A DNA stretch of 64,000 nt from Eledone cirrhosa (Eukaryota), in the NCBI GenBank assembly GCA_964016885.1, contig OZ024741.1:4154001-4218000 (forward strand). The letters are read 5' to 3'. The notes under the pieces were generated by a model. It did not search any database, was not told the origin of the DNA, and saw only the letters and a list, made by a program, of their open reading frames with translations. Positions 24,501 through 39,000 of the stretch are shown here, one piece after another (positions within the stretch are counted from its first letter, which is position 1; every line of letters starts with the position of its first letter). The position numbers and the translations under genes were made by a program.

Positions 24501-27500
24501 CTATCAGAGATAGTTGGTGTGATGTGGGAACTAGTAACCTAATGTAGGACTATCAGAGATAGTTACTGTGATGTAAGAACTAGTAACCTACTGTAGGACT
24601 ATCAGGGATAGTTACTGTGATGTAGGAACTAGTAACCTACTGTTGGACTATCAGAGATAGTTAATGTGATGTAGGAACTAGTAACCTACTGTAGGACTAT
24701 CAGAGATAGTTGGTGTGATGTAGGAACTAGTAACCTACTGTAGGACTGTCAGAGATAGTTACTGTGATGTAGGAACTAGTAACCTACTGTTGAACTATCA
24801 GAGATGGTTACTGTGATGTAGGAACTAGTAACCTACTATAGGACTATCAGATATAGTTACTGTGATGTAGGAACTAGTAACCTACTGTTGGACTATCAGA
24901 GATAGTTACTGTGATGTAGGAACTAGTAACCTACTGTAGGCCTATCAGAGATAGTTGGTGTGATGAAGGATCTAGTAACCTACTATAGGACTATCAGAGA
25001 TAGTTACTGTGATGTAGGAACTAGTAACCTACTGTAGGACTATTAGAGATAGTTGGTGTGATGTAGAAACTAGTAACCTTGTGTAAAACTATCAGAGATA
25101 GTTACTGTGATGTAAGAACTAGTAACCTACTGTTGGACTATGAGAGATAGTTACTGTGATGTAGGAAATAGTAATCTACTGTTGGACTATCAGAGATAGT
25201 TACTGTGATGTAGGAACTAGTAACCTACTGTAGGACTATCAGAGATAGTTACTGTGATGTAAGAACTAGTAACCTACTGTAGGACTATCAGAGATAGTTA
25301 CTGTGATGTAGGAACTAGTAACCTACTGTAGGACTATCAGAGATAGTTACTGTGATGTAGGAACTAGTAACCTACTGTTGTAGTATCAGAGATAGTTGGT
25401 GTGATGTAGGAACTAGTAACCTACTGTTGGACTATCAGAGCTAGTTACTGTGATGTAGTAACTCGTAACCTACTGTAGGACTATCAGAGATAGTTGGTCT
25501 GATGTAGGAACTAGTAACCTACTGTACGACTATCAGAGATAGTTGGTGTGATGTAGGAACTAGTAACCTACTGTTAGACTATCAGAGATAGTTACTGTTA
25601 TGTAGTAACTCGTAACCTACTGTAGGACTATCAGAGATAGTTGGTGTGATGTAAGAACTAGTAACCTACTGTAGGATTATCAGAGATAGTTGGTGTGATG
25701 TAGGAACTAGTAACCTACTGTTGGACTATCAGAGATAGTTGGTGTGATGTAAGAACTAGTAACCTACTGTAGGACTATCAGAGATAGTTACTGTGATGTA
25801 AGAACTAATAAACTAGTGTTGGACTATCAGAGATAGTTGGTGTGATGTAGGAACTAGTAATCTACTGTAGGACTATCAGAGATAGTTGTTGTGATGTATG
25901 AACTAGTAACCTACTGTTGGACTATCAGAGATATTTGGTGATGTAGGAACTAGTAACCTACTGTAGGACTATCAGGGATAGTTACTGTGATGTAGGAACT
26001 AGTAACCTACTGTTGGACTATCAGAGATAGTTAATGTGATGTAGGAACTAGTAACCTACTGTAGGACTATCAGAGATTGTTGGTGTGATGTAGGAACTAG
26101 TAACCTACTGTAGGACTGTCAGAGATAGTTACTGTGATGTAGGAACTAGTAACCTACTGTTGAACTATCAGAGATGGTTACTGTGATGTAGGAACTAGTA
26201 ACCTACTATAGGACTATCAGATATAGTTACTGTGATGTAGGAACTAGTAACCTACTGTTGGACTATCAGAGATAGTTACTGTGATGTAGGAACTAGTAAC
26301 CTACTGTAGGCCTATCAGAGATAGTTGGTGTGATGAAGGATCTAGTAACCTACTATAGGACTATCAGAGATAGTTACTGTGATGTAGGAACTAGTAACCT
26401 ACTGTAGGACTATTAGAGATAGTTGGTGTGATGTAGAAACTAGTAACCTTGTGTAAAACTATCAGAGATAGTTACTGTGATGTAAGAACTAGTAACCTAC
26501 TGTTGGACTATGAGAGATAGTTACTGTGATGTAGGAAATAGTAATCTACTGTTGGACTATCAGAGATAGTTACTGTGATGTAGGAACTAGTAACCTACTG
26601 TAGGACTATCAGAGATAGTTACTGTGATGTAAGAACTAGTAACCTACTGTAGGACTATCAGAGATAGTTACTGTGATGTAGGAACTAGTAACCTACTGTA
26701 GGACTATCAGAGATAGTTACTGTGATGTAGGAACTAGTAACCTACTGTTGTAGTATCAGAGATAGTTGGTGTGATGTAGGAACTAGTAACCTACTGTTGG
26801 ACTATCAGAGCTAGTTACTGTGATCTAGTAACTCGTAACCTACTGTAGGACTATCAGAGATAGTTGGTCTGATGTAGGAACTAGTAACCTACTGTACGAC
26901 TATCAGAGATAGTTGGTGTGATGTAGGAACTAGTAACCTACTGTTGGACTATCAGAGATAGTTACTGTGATGTAGTAACTCGTAACCTACTGTAGGACTA
27001 TCAGAGATAGTTGGTGTGATGTAAGAACTAGTAACCTACTGTAGGATTATGAGAGATAGTTAGTGTGATGTAGGAACTAGGAACCTACTGTTGGACTATC
27101 AGAGATAGTTGGTGTGATGTAAGAACTAGTAACCTACTGTAGGACTATCAGAGATAGTTACTGTGATGTAAGAACTAATAAACTAGTGTTGGACTATCAG
27201 AGATAGTTGGTGTGATGTAGGAACTAGTAATCTACTGTAGGACTATCAGAGATAGTTGTTGTGATGTATGAACTAGTAACCTACTGTTGGACTATCAGAG
27301 ATATTTGGTGATGTAGGAACTAGTAACCTACTGTCGGACTATCAGAGATAGTTACCGTGATGTAGGAACTAGTAACCTAATGTAGGACTATCAGAGATAG
27401 TTACTGTGATCTAAGAACTAGTAACCTACTGTAGGACTACCAGAGATAGTTGGTGTGACGTAGGAACTAGTAACCTACTGTTGGACTATCAGAGATAGTT

Positions 27501-30500
27501 GGTGTGACGTAGGAACTAGTAACCTACTGTAGGCCTATCAGAGTTAGTTACTGTGATGTAGGAACTAGTAACCTACTGTTGGACTATCAGAGGTAGTTGG
27601 TGTGATGTAGGAACTAGTAAACTACTGTAGGACTATCAGAGATAGTTGTTGTGATGTATGAACTAGTAACCTACTGTTGGACTATCAGAGATAGTTACTG
27701 TCATGTAGGAACTAGTAACCTACTGTATGACTATCAGAGATAGTTGGTGTGATGTAGGAACTAGTAACCTACTGTTGGACTATCAGAGATAGTTACTGTG
27801 ATGTAGGAACTAGTAACCTACTGTTGGACTATCAGAGATAGTTGGTGTGATGTAGGAACTAGTCACCTACTGTTGGACTGTCAGAGATAGTTGGTGTGAT
27901 GTAGGAACTAGTAACCTACTGTAGGACTATCAGAGATAGTTGGTGTGATGTAGGAACTAGTAACCTACTGTAGGACTATCAGAGATAGTTGGTGTGATGT
28001 AGGAACTAGTAACCTACTGTTGGACTGTCAGAGATAGTTACTGTGATGTAGGAACTAGTAACTTACTGTAGGACTATCAGAGATAGTTGGTGTGATGTAG
28101 GAACTAGTAACCTACTGTAGGACTATCAGAGATAGTTGGTGTGATGTAGGAACTAGTAACCTACTGTAGGACTATCAGAGATAGTTGGTGTGATGTAGGA
28201 ACTAGTAACCTACTGTAGGACTATCAGAGTTAGTTACTGTGATGTAGGAACTAGTAACTTAAGTAGGACTATCAGAGATAGTTGGTGTGATGTAGGAACT
28301 AGTAACCTACTGTAGGACTGTCAGAGATAGTTAATGTGATGTAGGAACTAGTAACCTACTGTTGGACTATCAGAGATAGTTACTGTGATGTAGGAACTAG
28401 TAACCTACTGTTGGACTATCAGAGATAGTTAAAGTGATGTAGGTACTAATAACCTACTGTAGGACTATCAGAGATAGTTGGTGTGATGTAGGAACTAGTA
28501 ACCTACTGTAGGACTGTCAGAGATAGTTACTGTGATGTAGGAACTAGTAACCTACTGTTGAACTATCAGAGATGGTTACTGTGATGTAGGAACTAGTAAC
28601 CTACTGTTGGACTATCAGAGATAGTTAAAGTGATGTAGGTACTAATAACCTACTGTAGGACTATCAGAGATAGTTGGTGTGATGTAGGAACTAGTAACCT
28701 ACTGTAGGACTGTCAGAGATAGTTACTGTGATGTAGGAACTAGTAACCTACTGTAGGACTATCAGAGATAGTTACTGTGATGTAAGAACTAATAAACTAG
28801 TGTTGGACTATCAGAGATAGTTGGTGTGATGTAGGAACTAGTAATCTACTATAGGACTATCAGAGATAGTTGTTGTGATGTATGAACTAGTAACCTACTG
28901 TTGGACTATCAGAGATATTTGGTGATGTAGGAACTAGTAACCTACTGTCGGACTATCAGAGATAGTTACCGTGATGTAGGAACTAGTAACCTAATGTAGG
29001 ACTATCAGAGATAGTTACTGTGATCTAAGAACTAGTAACCTACTGTAGGACTACCAGAGATAGTTGGTGTGACGTAGGAACTAGTAACCTACTGTTGGAC
29101 TATCAGAGATAGTTGGTGTGACGTAGGAACTAGTAACCTACTGTAGGCCTATCAGAGTTAGTTACTGTGATGTAGGAACTAGTAACCTACTGTTGGACTA
29201 TCAGAGGTAGTTGGTGTGATGTAGGAACTAGTAAACTACTGTAGGACTATCAGAGATAGTTGTTGTGATGTATGAACTAGTAACCTACTGTTGGACTATC
29301 AGAGATAGTTACTGTCATGTAGGAACTAGTAACCTACTGTATGACTATCAGAGATAGTTGGTGTGATGTAGGAACTAGTAACCTACTGTTGGACTATCAG
29401 AGATAGTTACTGTGATGTAGGAACTAGTAACCTACTGTTGGACTATCAGAGATAGTTGGTGTGATGTAGGAACTAGTAACTTACTGTAGGACTATCAGAG
29501 ATAGTTGGTGTGATGTAGGAACTAGTAACCTACTGTAGGACTATCAGAGATAGTTGGTGTGATGTAGGAACTAGTAACCTACTGTAGGACTATCAGAGAT
29601 AGTTGGTGTGATGTAGGAACTAGTAACCTACTGTAGGACTATCAGAGTTAGTTACTGTGATGTAGGAACTAGTAACTTAAGTAGGACTATCAGAGATAGT
29701 TGGTGTGATGTAGGAACTAGTAACCTACTGTAGGACTGTCAGAGATAGTTAATGTGATGTAGGAACTAGTAACCTACTGTTGGACTATCAGAGATAGTTA
29801 CTGTGATGTAGGAACTAGTAACCTACTGTTGGACTATCAGAGATAGTTAAAGTGATGTAGGAACTAATAACCTACTGTAGGACTATCAGAGATAGTTGGT
29901 GTGATGTAGGAACTAGTAACCTACTGTAGGACTGTCAGAGATAGTTACTGTGATGTAGGAACTAGTAACCTACTGTTGAACTATCAGAGATGGTTACTGT
30001 GATGTAGGAACTAGTAACCTACTATAGGACTATCAGATATAGTTACTGTGATGTAGGAACTAGTAACCTACTGTTGGACTATCAGAGATAGTTACTGTGA
30101 TGTAGGAACTAGTAACCTACTGTAGGCCTATCAGAGATAGTTGGTGTGATGAAGGATCTAGTAACCTACTATAGGACTATCAGAGATAGTTACTGTGATG
30201 TAGGAACTAGTAACCTACTGTAGGACTATTAGAGATAGTTGGTGTGATGTAGAAACTAGTAACCTTGTGTAAAACTATCAGAGATAGTTACTGTGATGTA
30301 AGAACTAGTAACCTACTGTTGGACTATGAGAGATATTTACTGTGATGTAGGAAATAGTAATCTACTGTTGGACTATCAGAGATAGTTACTGTGATGTAGG
30401 AACTAGTAACCTACTGTAGGACTATCAGAGATAGTTACTGTGATGTAAGAACTAGTAACCTACTGTTGTAGTATCAGAGATAGTTGGTGTGATGTAGGAA

Positions 30501-33500
30501 CTAGTAACCTACTGTTGGACTATCAGAGCTAGTTACTGTGATGTAGTAACTCGTAACCTACTGTAGGACTATCAGAGATAGTTGGTCTGATGTAGGAACT
30601 AGTAACCTACTGTACGACTATCAGAGATAGTTGGTGTGATGTAGGAACTAGTAACCTACTGTTGGACTATCAGAGATAGTTACTGTGATGTAGGAACTAG
30701 TAACCTACTGTAGGCCTATCAGAGATAGTTGGTGTGATGAAGGATCTAGTAACCTACTATAGGACTATCAGAGATAGTTACTGTGATGTAGGAACTAGTA
30801 ACCTACTGTAGGACTATTAGAGATAGTTGGTGTGATGTAGAAACTAGTAACCTTGTGTAAAACTATCAGAGATAGTTACTGTGATGTAAGAACTAGTAAC
30901 CTACTGTTGGACTATGAGAGATAGTTACTGTGATGTAAGAACTAATAAACTAGTGTTGGACTATCAGAGATAGTTGGTGTGATGTAGGAACTAGTAATCT
31001 ACTGTAGGACTATCAGAGATAGTTGTTGTGATGTATGAACTAGTAACCTACTGTTGGACTATCAGAGATATTTGGTGATGTAGGAACTAGTAACCTACTG
31101 TCGGACTATCAGAGATAGTTACCGTGATGTAGGAACTAGTAACCTAATGTAGGACTATCAGAGATAGTTACTGTGATCTAAGAACTAGTAACCTACTGTA
31201 GGACTATCAGAGATAGTTGGTGTGACGTAGGAACTAGTAACCTACTGTTGGACTATCAGAGATAGTTGGTGTGACGTAGGAACTAGTAACCTACTGTAGG
31301 CCTATCAGAGTTAGTTACTGTGATGTAGGAACTAGTAACCTACTGTTGGACTATAAGAGGTAGTTGGTGTGATGTAGGAACTAGTAACCTACTGTAGGAC
31401 TATCAGAGATAGTTGTTGTGATGTATGAACTAGTAACCTACTGTTGGACTATCAGAGATAGTTACTGTGATATAGGAACTAGTAACCTACTGTTGGACTA
31501 TCAGAGATAGTTACTGTGATGTAAGAACTAATAACCTACTGTATGACTATCAGAGATAGTTACTCTGATATAGGAACTAGTAACCTAATGTTGGACTATC
31601 AGAGATAGTTGGTGTGATGTAGGAACTAGTAACCTACTGTAGGACTATGAGAGATAGTTGCTGTGATGCAGGAACTAGTAACCTAATGTAGGATTATTAG
31701 AGATAGTTACTGTTATGTAAGAACTAGTAAACTACTGTAGGACTATCAGAGATAGTTACTGTGATATAGGAACTAGTAACCTACTGTTGGACTATCAGAG
31801 ATAGTTACCGTTGTGTAGGAACTAGTGACCTAATGTTGGACAATCAGAGATAATTACTGTGATGTAGGAACTAGTAACCTACTGTAGGACTATCAGAGAT
31901 AGTCACTGTGATGTAGGAACTAGTAACCTACTGTTGGACTATCAGAGATAGTTGGTGTGATGTGGGAACTAGTAACCTAATGTAGGACTATCAGAGATAG
32001 TTACTGTGATGTAAGAACTAGTAACCTACTGTAGGACTATCAGGGATAGTTACTGTGATGTAGGAACTAGTAACCTACTGTTGGACTATCAGAGATAGTT
32101 AATGTGATGTAGGAACTAGTAACCTACTGTAGGACTATCAGAGATAGTTGGTGTGATGTAGGAACTAGTAACCTACTGTAGGACTGTCAGAGATAGTTAC
32201 TGTGATGTAGGAACTAGTAACCTACTGTTGAACTATCAGAGATGGTTACTGTGATGTAGGAACTAGTAACCTACTATAGGACTATCAGATATAGTTACTG
32301 TGATGTAGGAACTAGTAACCTACTGTTGGACTATCAGAGATAGTTACTGTGATGTAGGAACTAGTAACCTACTGTAGGCCTATCAGAGATAGTTGGTGTG
32401 ATGAAGGATCTAGTAACCTACTATAGGACTATCAGAGATAGTTACTGTGATGTAGGAACTAGTAACCTACTGTAGGACTATTAGAGATAGTTGGTGTGAT
32501 GTAGAAACTAGTAACCTTGTGTAAAACTATCAGAGATAGTTACTGTGATGTAAGAACTAGTAACCTACTGTTGGACTATGAGAGATAGTTACTGTGATGT
32601 AGGAAATAGTAATCTACTGTTGGACTATCAGAGATAGTTACTGTGATGTAGGAACTAGTAACCTACTGTAGGACTATCAGAGATAGTTACTGTGATGTAA
32701 GAACTAGTAACCTACTGTAGGACTATCAGAGATAGTTACTGTGATGTAGGAACTAGTAACCTACTGTAGGACTATCAGAGATAGTTACTGTGATGTAGGA
32801 ACTAGTAACCTACTGTTGTAGTATCAGAGATAGTTGGTGTGATGTAGGAACTAGTAACCTACTGTTGGACTATCAGAGCTAGTTACTGTGATGTAGTAAC
32901 TCGTAACCTACTGTAGGACTATCAGAGATAGTTGGTCTGATGTAGGAACTAGTAACCTACTGTACGACTATCAGAGATAGTTGGTGTGATGTAGGAACTA
33001 GTAACCTACTGTTAGACTATCAGAGATAGTTACTGTTATGTAGTAACTCGTAACCTACTGTAGGACTATCAGAGATAGTTGGTGTGATGTAAGAACTAGT
33101 AACCTACTGTAGGATTATCAGAGATAGTTGGTGTGATGTAGGAACTAGTAACCTACTGTTGGACTATCAGAGATAGTTGGTGTGATGTAAGAACTAGTAA
33201 CCTACTGTAGGACTATCAGAGATAGTTACTGTGATGTAAGAACTAATAAACTAGTGTTGGACTATCAGAGATAGTTGGTGTGATGTAGGAACTAGTAATC
33301 TACTGTAGGACTATCAGAGATAGTTGTTGTGATGTATGAACTAGTAACCTACTGTTGGACTATCAGAGATATTTGGTGATGTAGGAACTAGTAACCTACT
33401 GTAGGACTATCAGGGATAGTTACTGTGATGTAGGAACTAGTAACCTACTGTTGGACTATCAGAGATAGTTAATGTGATGTAGGAACTAGTAACCTACTGT

Positions 33501-36043
33501 AGGACTATCAGAGATTGTTGGTGTGATGTAGGAACTAGTAACCTACTGTAGGACTGTCAGAGATAGTTACTGTGATGTAGGAACTAGTAACCTACTGTTG
33601 AACTATCAGAGATGGTTACTGTGATGTAGGAACTAGTAACCTACTATAGGACTATCAGATATAGTTACTGTGATGTAGGAACTAGTAACCTACTGTTGGA
33701 CTATCAGAGATAGTTACTGTGATGTAGGAACTAGTAACCTACTGTAGGCCTATCAGAGATAGTTGGTGTGATGAAGGATCTAGTAACCTACTATAGGACT
33801 ATCAGAGATAGTTACTGTGATGTAGGAACTAGTAACCTACTGTAGGACTATTAGAGATAGTTGGTGTGATGTAGAAACTAGTAACCTTGTGTAAAACTAT
33901 CAGAGATAGTTACTGTGATGTAAGAACTAGTAACCTACTGTTGGACTATGAGAGATAGTTACTGTGATGTAGGAAATAGTAATCTACTGTTGGACTATCA
34001 GAGATAGTTACTGTGATGTAGGAACTAGTAACCTACTGTAGGACTATCAGAGATAGTTACTGTGATGTAAGAACTAGTAACCTACTGTAGGACTATCAGA
34101 GATAGTTACTGTGATGTAGGAACTAGTAACCTACTGTAGGACTATCAGAGATAGTTACTGTGATGTAGGAACTAGTAACCTACTGTTGTAGTATCAGAGA
34201 TAGTTGGTGTGATGTAGGAACTAGTAACCTACTGTTGGACTATCAGAGCTAGTTACTGTGATCTAGTAACTCGTAACCTACTGTAGGACTATCAGAGATA
34301 GTTGGTCTGATGTAGGAACTAGTAACCTACTGTACGACTATCAGAGATAGTTGGTGTGATGTAGGAACTAGTAACCTACTGTTGGACTATCAGAGATAGT
34401 TACTGTGATGTAGTAACTCGTAACCTACTGTAGGACTATCAGAGATAGTTGGTGTGATGTAAGAACTAGTAACCTACTGTAGGATTATGAGAGATAGTTA
34501 GTGTGATGTAGGAACTAGGAACCTACTGTTGGACTATCAGAGATAGTTGGTGTGATGTAAGAACTAGTAACCTACTGTAGGACTATCAGAGATAGTTACT
34601 GTGATGTAAGAACTAATAAACTAGTGTTGGACTATCAGAGATAGTTGGTGTGATGTAGGAACTAGTAATCTACTGTAGGACTATCAGAGATAGTTGTTGT
34701 GATGTATGAACTAGTAACCTACTGTTGGACTATCAGAGATATTTGGTGATGTAGGAACTAGTAACCTACTGTCGGACTATCAGAGATAGTTACCGTGATG
34801 TAGGAACTAGTAACCTAATGTAGGACTATCAGAGATAGTTACTGTGATCTAAGAACTAGTAACCTACTGTAGGACTACCAGAGATAGTTGGTGTGACGTA
34901 GGAACTAGTAACCTACTGTTGGACTATCAGAGATAGTTGGTGTGACGTAGGAACTAGTAACCTACTGTAGGCCTATCAGAGTTAGTTACTGTGATGTAGG
35001 AACTAGTAACCTACTGTTGGACTATCAGAGGTAGTTGGTGTGATGTAGGAACTAGTAAACTACTGTAGGACTATCAGAGATAGTTGTTGTGATGTATGAA
35101 CTAGTAACCTACTGTTGGACTATCAGAGATAGTTACTGTCATGTAGGAACTAGTAACCTACTGTATGACTATCAGAGATAGTTGGTGTGATGTAGGAACT
35201 AGTAACCTACTGTTGGACTATCAGAGATAGTTACTGTGATGTAGGAACTAGTAACCTACTGTTGGACTATCAGAGATAGTTGGTGTGATGTAGGAACTAG
35301 TCACCTACTGTTGGACTGTCAGAGATAGTTGGTGTGATGTAGGAACTAGTAACCTACTGTAGGACTATCAGAGATAGTTGGTGTGATGTAGGAACTAGTA
35401 ACCTACTGTAGGACTATCAGAGATAGTTGGTGTGATGTAGGAACTAGTAACCTACTGTTGGACTGTCAGAGATAGTTACTGTGATGTAGGAACTAGTAAC
35501 TTACTGTAGGACTATCAGAGATAGTTGGTGTGATGTAGGAACTAGTAACCTACTGTAGGACTATCAGAGATAGTTGGTGTGATGTAGGAACTAGTAACCT
35601 ACTGTAGGACTATCAGAGATAGTTGGTGTGATGTAGGAACTAGTAACCTACTGTAGGACTATCAGAGTTAGTTACTGTGATGTAGGAACTAGTAACTTAA
35701 GTAGGACTATCAGAGATAGTTGGTGTGATGTAGGAACTAGTAACCTACTGTAGGACTGTCAGAGATAGTTAATGTGATGTAGGAACTAGTAACCTACTGT
35801 TGGACTATCAGAGATAGTTACTGTGATGTAGGAACTAGTAACCTACTGTTGGACTATCAGAGATAGTTAAAGTGATGTAGGTACTAATAACCTACTGTAG
35901 GACTATCAGAGATAGTTGGTGTGATGTAGGAACTAGTAACCTACTGTAGGACTGTCAGAGATAGTTACTGTGATGTAGGAACTAGTAACCTACTGTTGAA
36001 CTATCAGAGATGGTTACTGTGATGTAGGAACTAGTAACCTACT
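21299..36043. repeat. Near-identical tandem duplication of ~7.3 kb (21299-28605 and 28737-36043; offset 7,438 = 152 monomers - 10 bp)
   Basis: Private variants all at offset 7,438: GTAATCTACTATAGG 21403/28841, AGAGATATTTAC 22891/30329, GTTAGACT 25573/33011, TGATCTAGTA 26821/34259, GAACC (in CTAGGAACC) 27081/34519, AGGTACTAAT 28441/35879. Confidence 0.95.
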
Positions 36044-39000
36044 ATAGGACTATCAGATATAGTTACTGTGATGTAGGAACTAGTAACCTACTGTTGGACT
36101 ATCAGAGATAGTTACTGTGATGTAGGAACTAGTAACCTACTGTAGGCCTATCAGAGATAGTTGGTGTGATGAAGGATCTAGTAACCTACTATAGGACTAT
36201 CAGAGATAGTTACTGTGATGTAGCAACTAGTAACCTACTGTAGGACTATTAGAGATAGTTGGTGTGATGTAGAAACTAGTAACCTTGTGTAAAACTATCA
36301 GAGATAGTTACTGTGATGTAAGAACTAGTAACCTACTGTTGGACTATGAGAGATAGTTACTGTGATGTAGGAAATAGTAATCTACTGTTGGACTATCAGA
36401 GATAGTTACTGTGATGTAGGAACTAGTAACCTACTGTAGGACTATCAGAGATAGTTACTGTAATGTAAGAACTAGTAACCTACTGTTGTAGTATCAGAGA
36501 TAGTTGGTGTGATGTAGGAACTAGTAACCTACTGTTGGACTATCAGAGCTAGTTACTGTGATGTAGTAACTCGTAACCTACTGTAGGACTATCAGAGATA
36601 GTTGGTCTGATGTAGGAACTAGTAACCTACTGTACGACTATCAGAGATAGTTGGTGTGATGTAGGAACTAGTAACCTACTGTTGGACTATCAGAGATAGT
36701 TACTGTGATGTAGGAACTAGTAACCTACTGTAGGCCTATCAGAGATAGTTGGTGTGATGAAGGATCTAGTAACCTACTATAGGACTATCAGAGATAGTTA
36801 CTGTGATGTAGGAACTAGTAACCTACTGTAGGACTATTAGAGATAGTTGGTGTGATGTAGAAACTAGTAACCTTGTGTAAAACTATCAGAGATAGTTACT
36901 GTGATGTAAGAACTAGTAACCTACTGTTGGACTATGAGAGATAGTTACTGTGATGTAAGAACTAATAAACTAGTGTTGGACTATCAGAGATAGTTGGTGT
37001 GATGTAGGAACTAGTAATCTACTGTAGGACTATCAGAGATAGTTGTTGTGATGTATGAACTAGTAACCTACTGTTGGACTATCAGAGATATTTGGTGATG
37101 TAGGAACTAGTAACCTACTGTCGGACTATCAGAGATAGTTACCGTGATGTAGGAACTAGTAACCTAATGTAGGACTATCAGAGATAGTTACTGTGATCTA
37201 AGAACTAGTAACCTACTGTAGGACTATCAGAGATAGTTGGTGTGATGTAGGAACTAGTAACCTACTGTTGGACTATCAGAGATAGTTGGTGTGACGTAGG
37301 AACTAGTAACCTACTGTAGGCCTATCAGAGTTAGTTACTGTGATGTAGGAACTAGTAACCTACTGTTGGACTATAAGAGGTAGTTGGTGTGATGTAGGAA
37401 CTAGTAACCTACTGTAGGACTATCAGAGATAGTTGTTGTGATGTATGAACTAGTAACCTACTGTTGGACTATCAGAGATAGTTACTGTGATATAGGAACT
37501 AGTAACCTACTGTTGGACTATCAGAGATAGTTACTGTGATGTAAGAACTAATAACCTACTGTATGACTATCAGAGATAGTTACTCTGATATAGGAACTAG
37601 TAACCTAATGTTGGACTATCAGAGATAGTTGGTGTGATGTAGGAACTAGTAACCTACTGTAGGACTATGAGAGATAGTTGCTGTGATGCAGGAACTAGTA
37701 ACCTAATGTAGGATTATTAGAGATAGTTACTGTTATGTAAGAACTAGTAACCTACTGTAGGACTATCAGAGATAGTTACTGTGATATAGGAACTAGTAAC
37801 CTACTGTTGGACTATCAGAGATAGTTACCGTTGTGTAGGAACTAGTGACCTAATGTTGGACAATCAGAGATAATTACTGTGATGTAGGAACTAGTAACCT
37901 ACTGTAGGACTATCAGAGATAGTCACTGTGATGTAGGAACTAGTAACCTACTGTTGGACTATCAGAGATAGTTGGTGTGATGTGGGAACTAGTAACCTAA
38001 TGTAGGACTATCAGAGATAGTTACTGTGATGTAAGAACTAGTAACCTACTGTAGGACTATCAGGGATAGTTACTGTGATGTAGGAACTAGTAACCTACTG
38101 TTGGACTATCAGAGATAGTTAATGTGATGTAGGAACTAGTAACCTACTGTAGGACTATCAGAGATAGTTGGTGTGATGTAGGAACTAGTAACCTACTGTA
38201 GGACTGTCAGAGATAGTTACTGTGATGTAGGAACTAGTAACCTACTGTTGAACTATCAGAGATGGTTACTGTGATGTAGGAACTAGTAACCTACTATAGG
38301 ACTATCAGATATAGTTACTGTGATGTAGGAACTAGTAACCTACTGTTGGACTATCAGAGATAGTTACTGTGATGTAGGAACTAGTAACCTACTGTAGGCC
38401 TATCAGAGATAGTTGGTGTGATGAAGGATCTAGTAACCTACTATAGGACTATCAGAGATAGTTACTGTGATGTAGGAACTAGTAACCTACTGTAGGACTA
38501 TTAGAGATAGTTGGTGTGATGTAGAAACTAGTAACCTTGTGTAAAACTATCAGAGATAGTTACTGTGATGTAAGAACTAGTAACCTACTGTTGGACTATG
38601 AGAGATAGTTACTGTGATGTAGGAAATAGTAATCTACTGTTGGACTATCAGAGATAGTTACTGTGATGTAGGAACTAGTAACCTACTGTAGGACTATCAG
38701 AGATAGTTACTGTGATGTAAGAACTAGTAACCTACTGTAGGACTATCAGAGATAGTTACTGTGATGTAGGAACTAGTAACCTACTGTAGGACTATCAGAG
38801 ATAGTTACTGTGATGTAGGAACTAGTAACCTACTGTTGTAGTATCAGAGATAGTTGGTGTGATGTAGGAACTAGTAACCTACTGTTGGACTATCAGAGCT
38901 AGTTACTGTGATGTAGTAACTCGTAACCTACTGTAGGACTATCAGAGATAGTTGGTCTGATGTAGGAACTAGTAACCTACTGTACGACTATCAGAGATAG

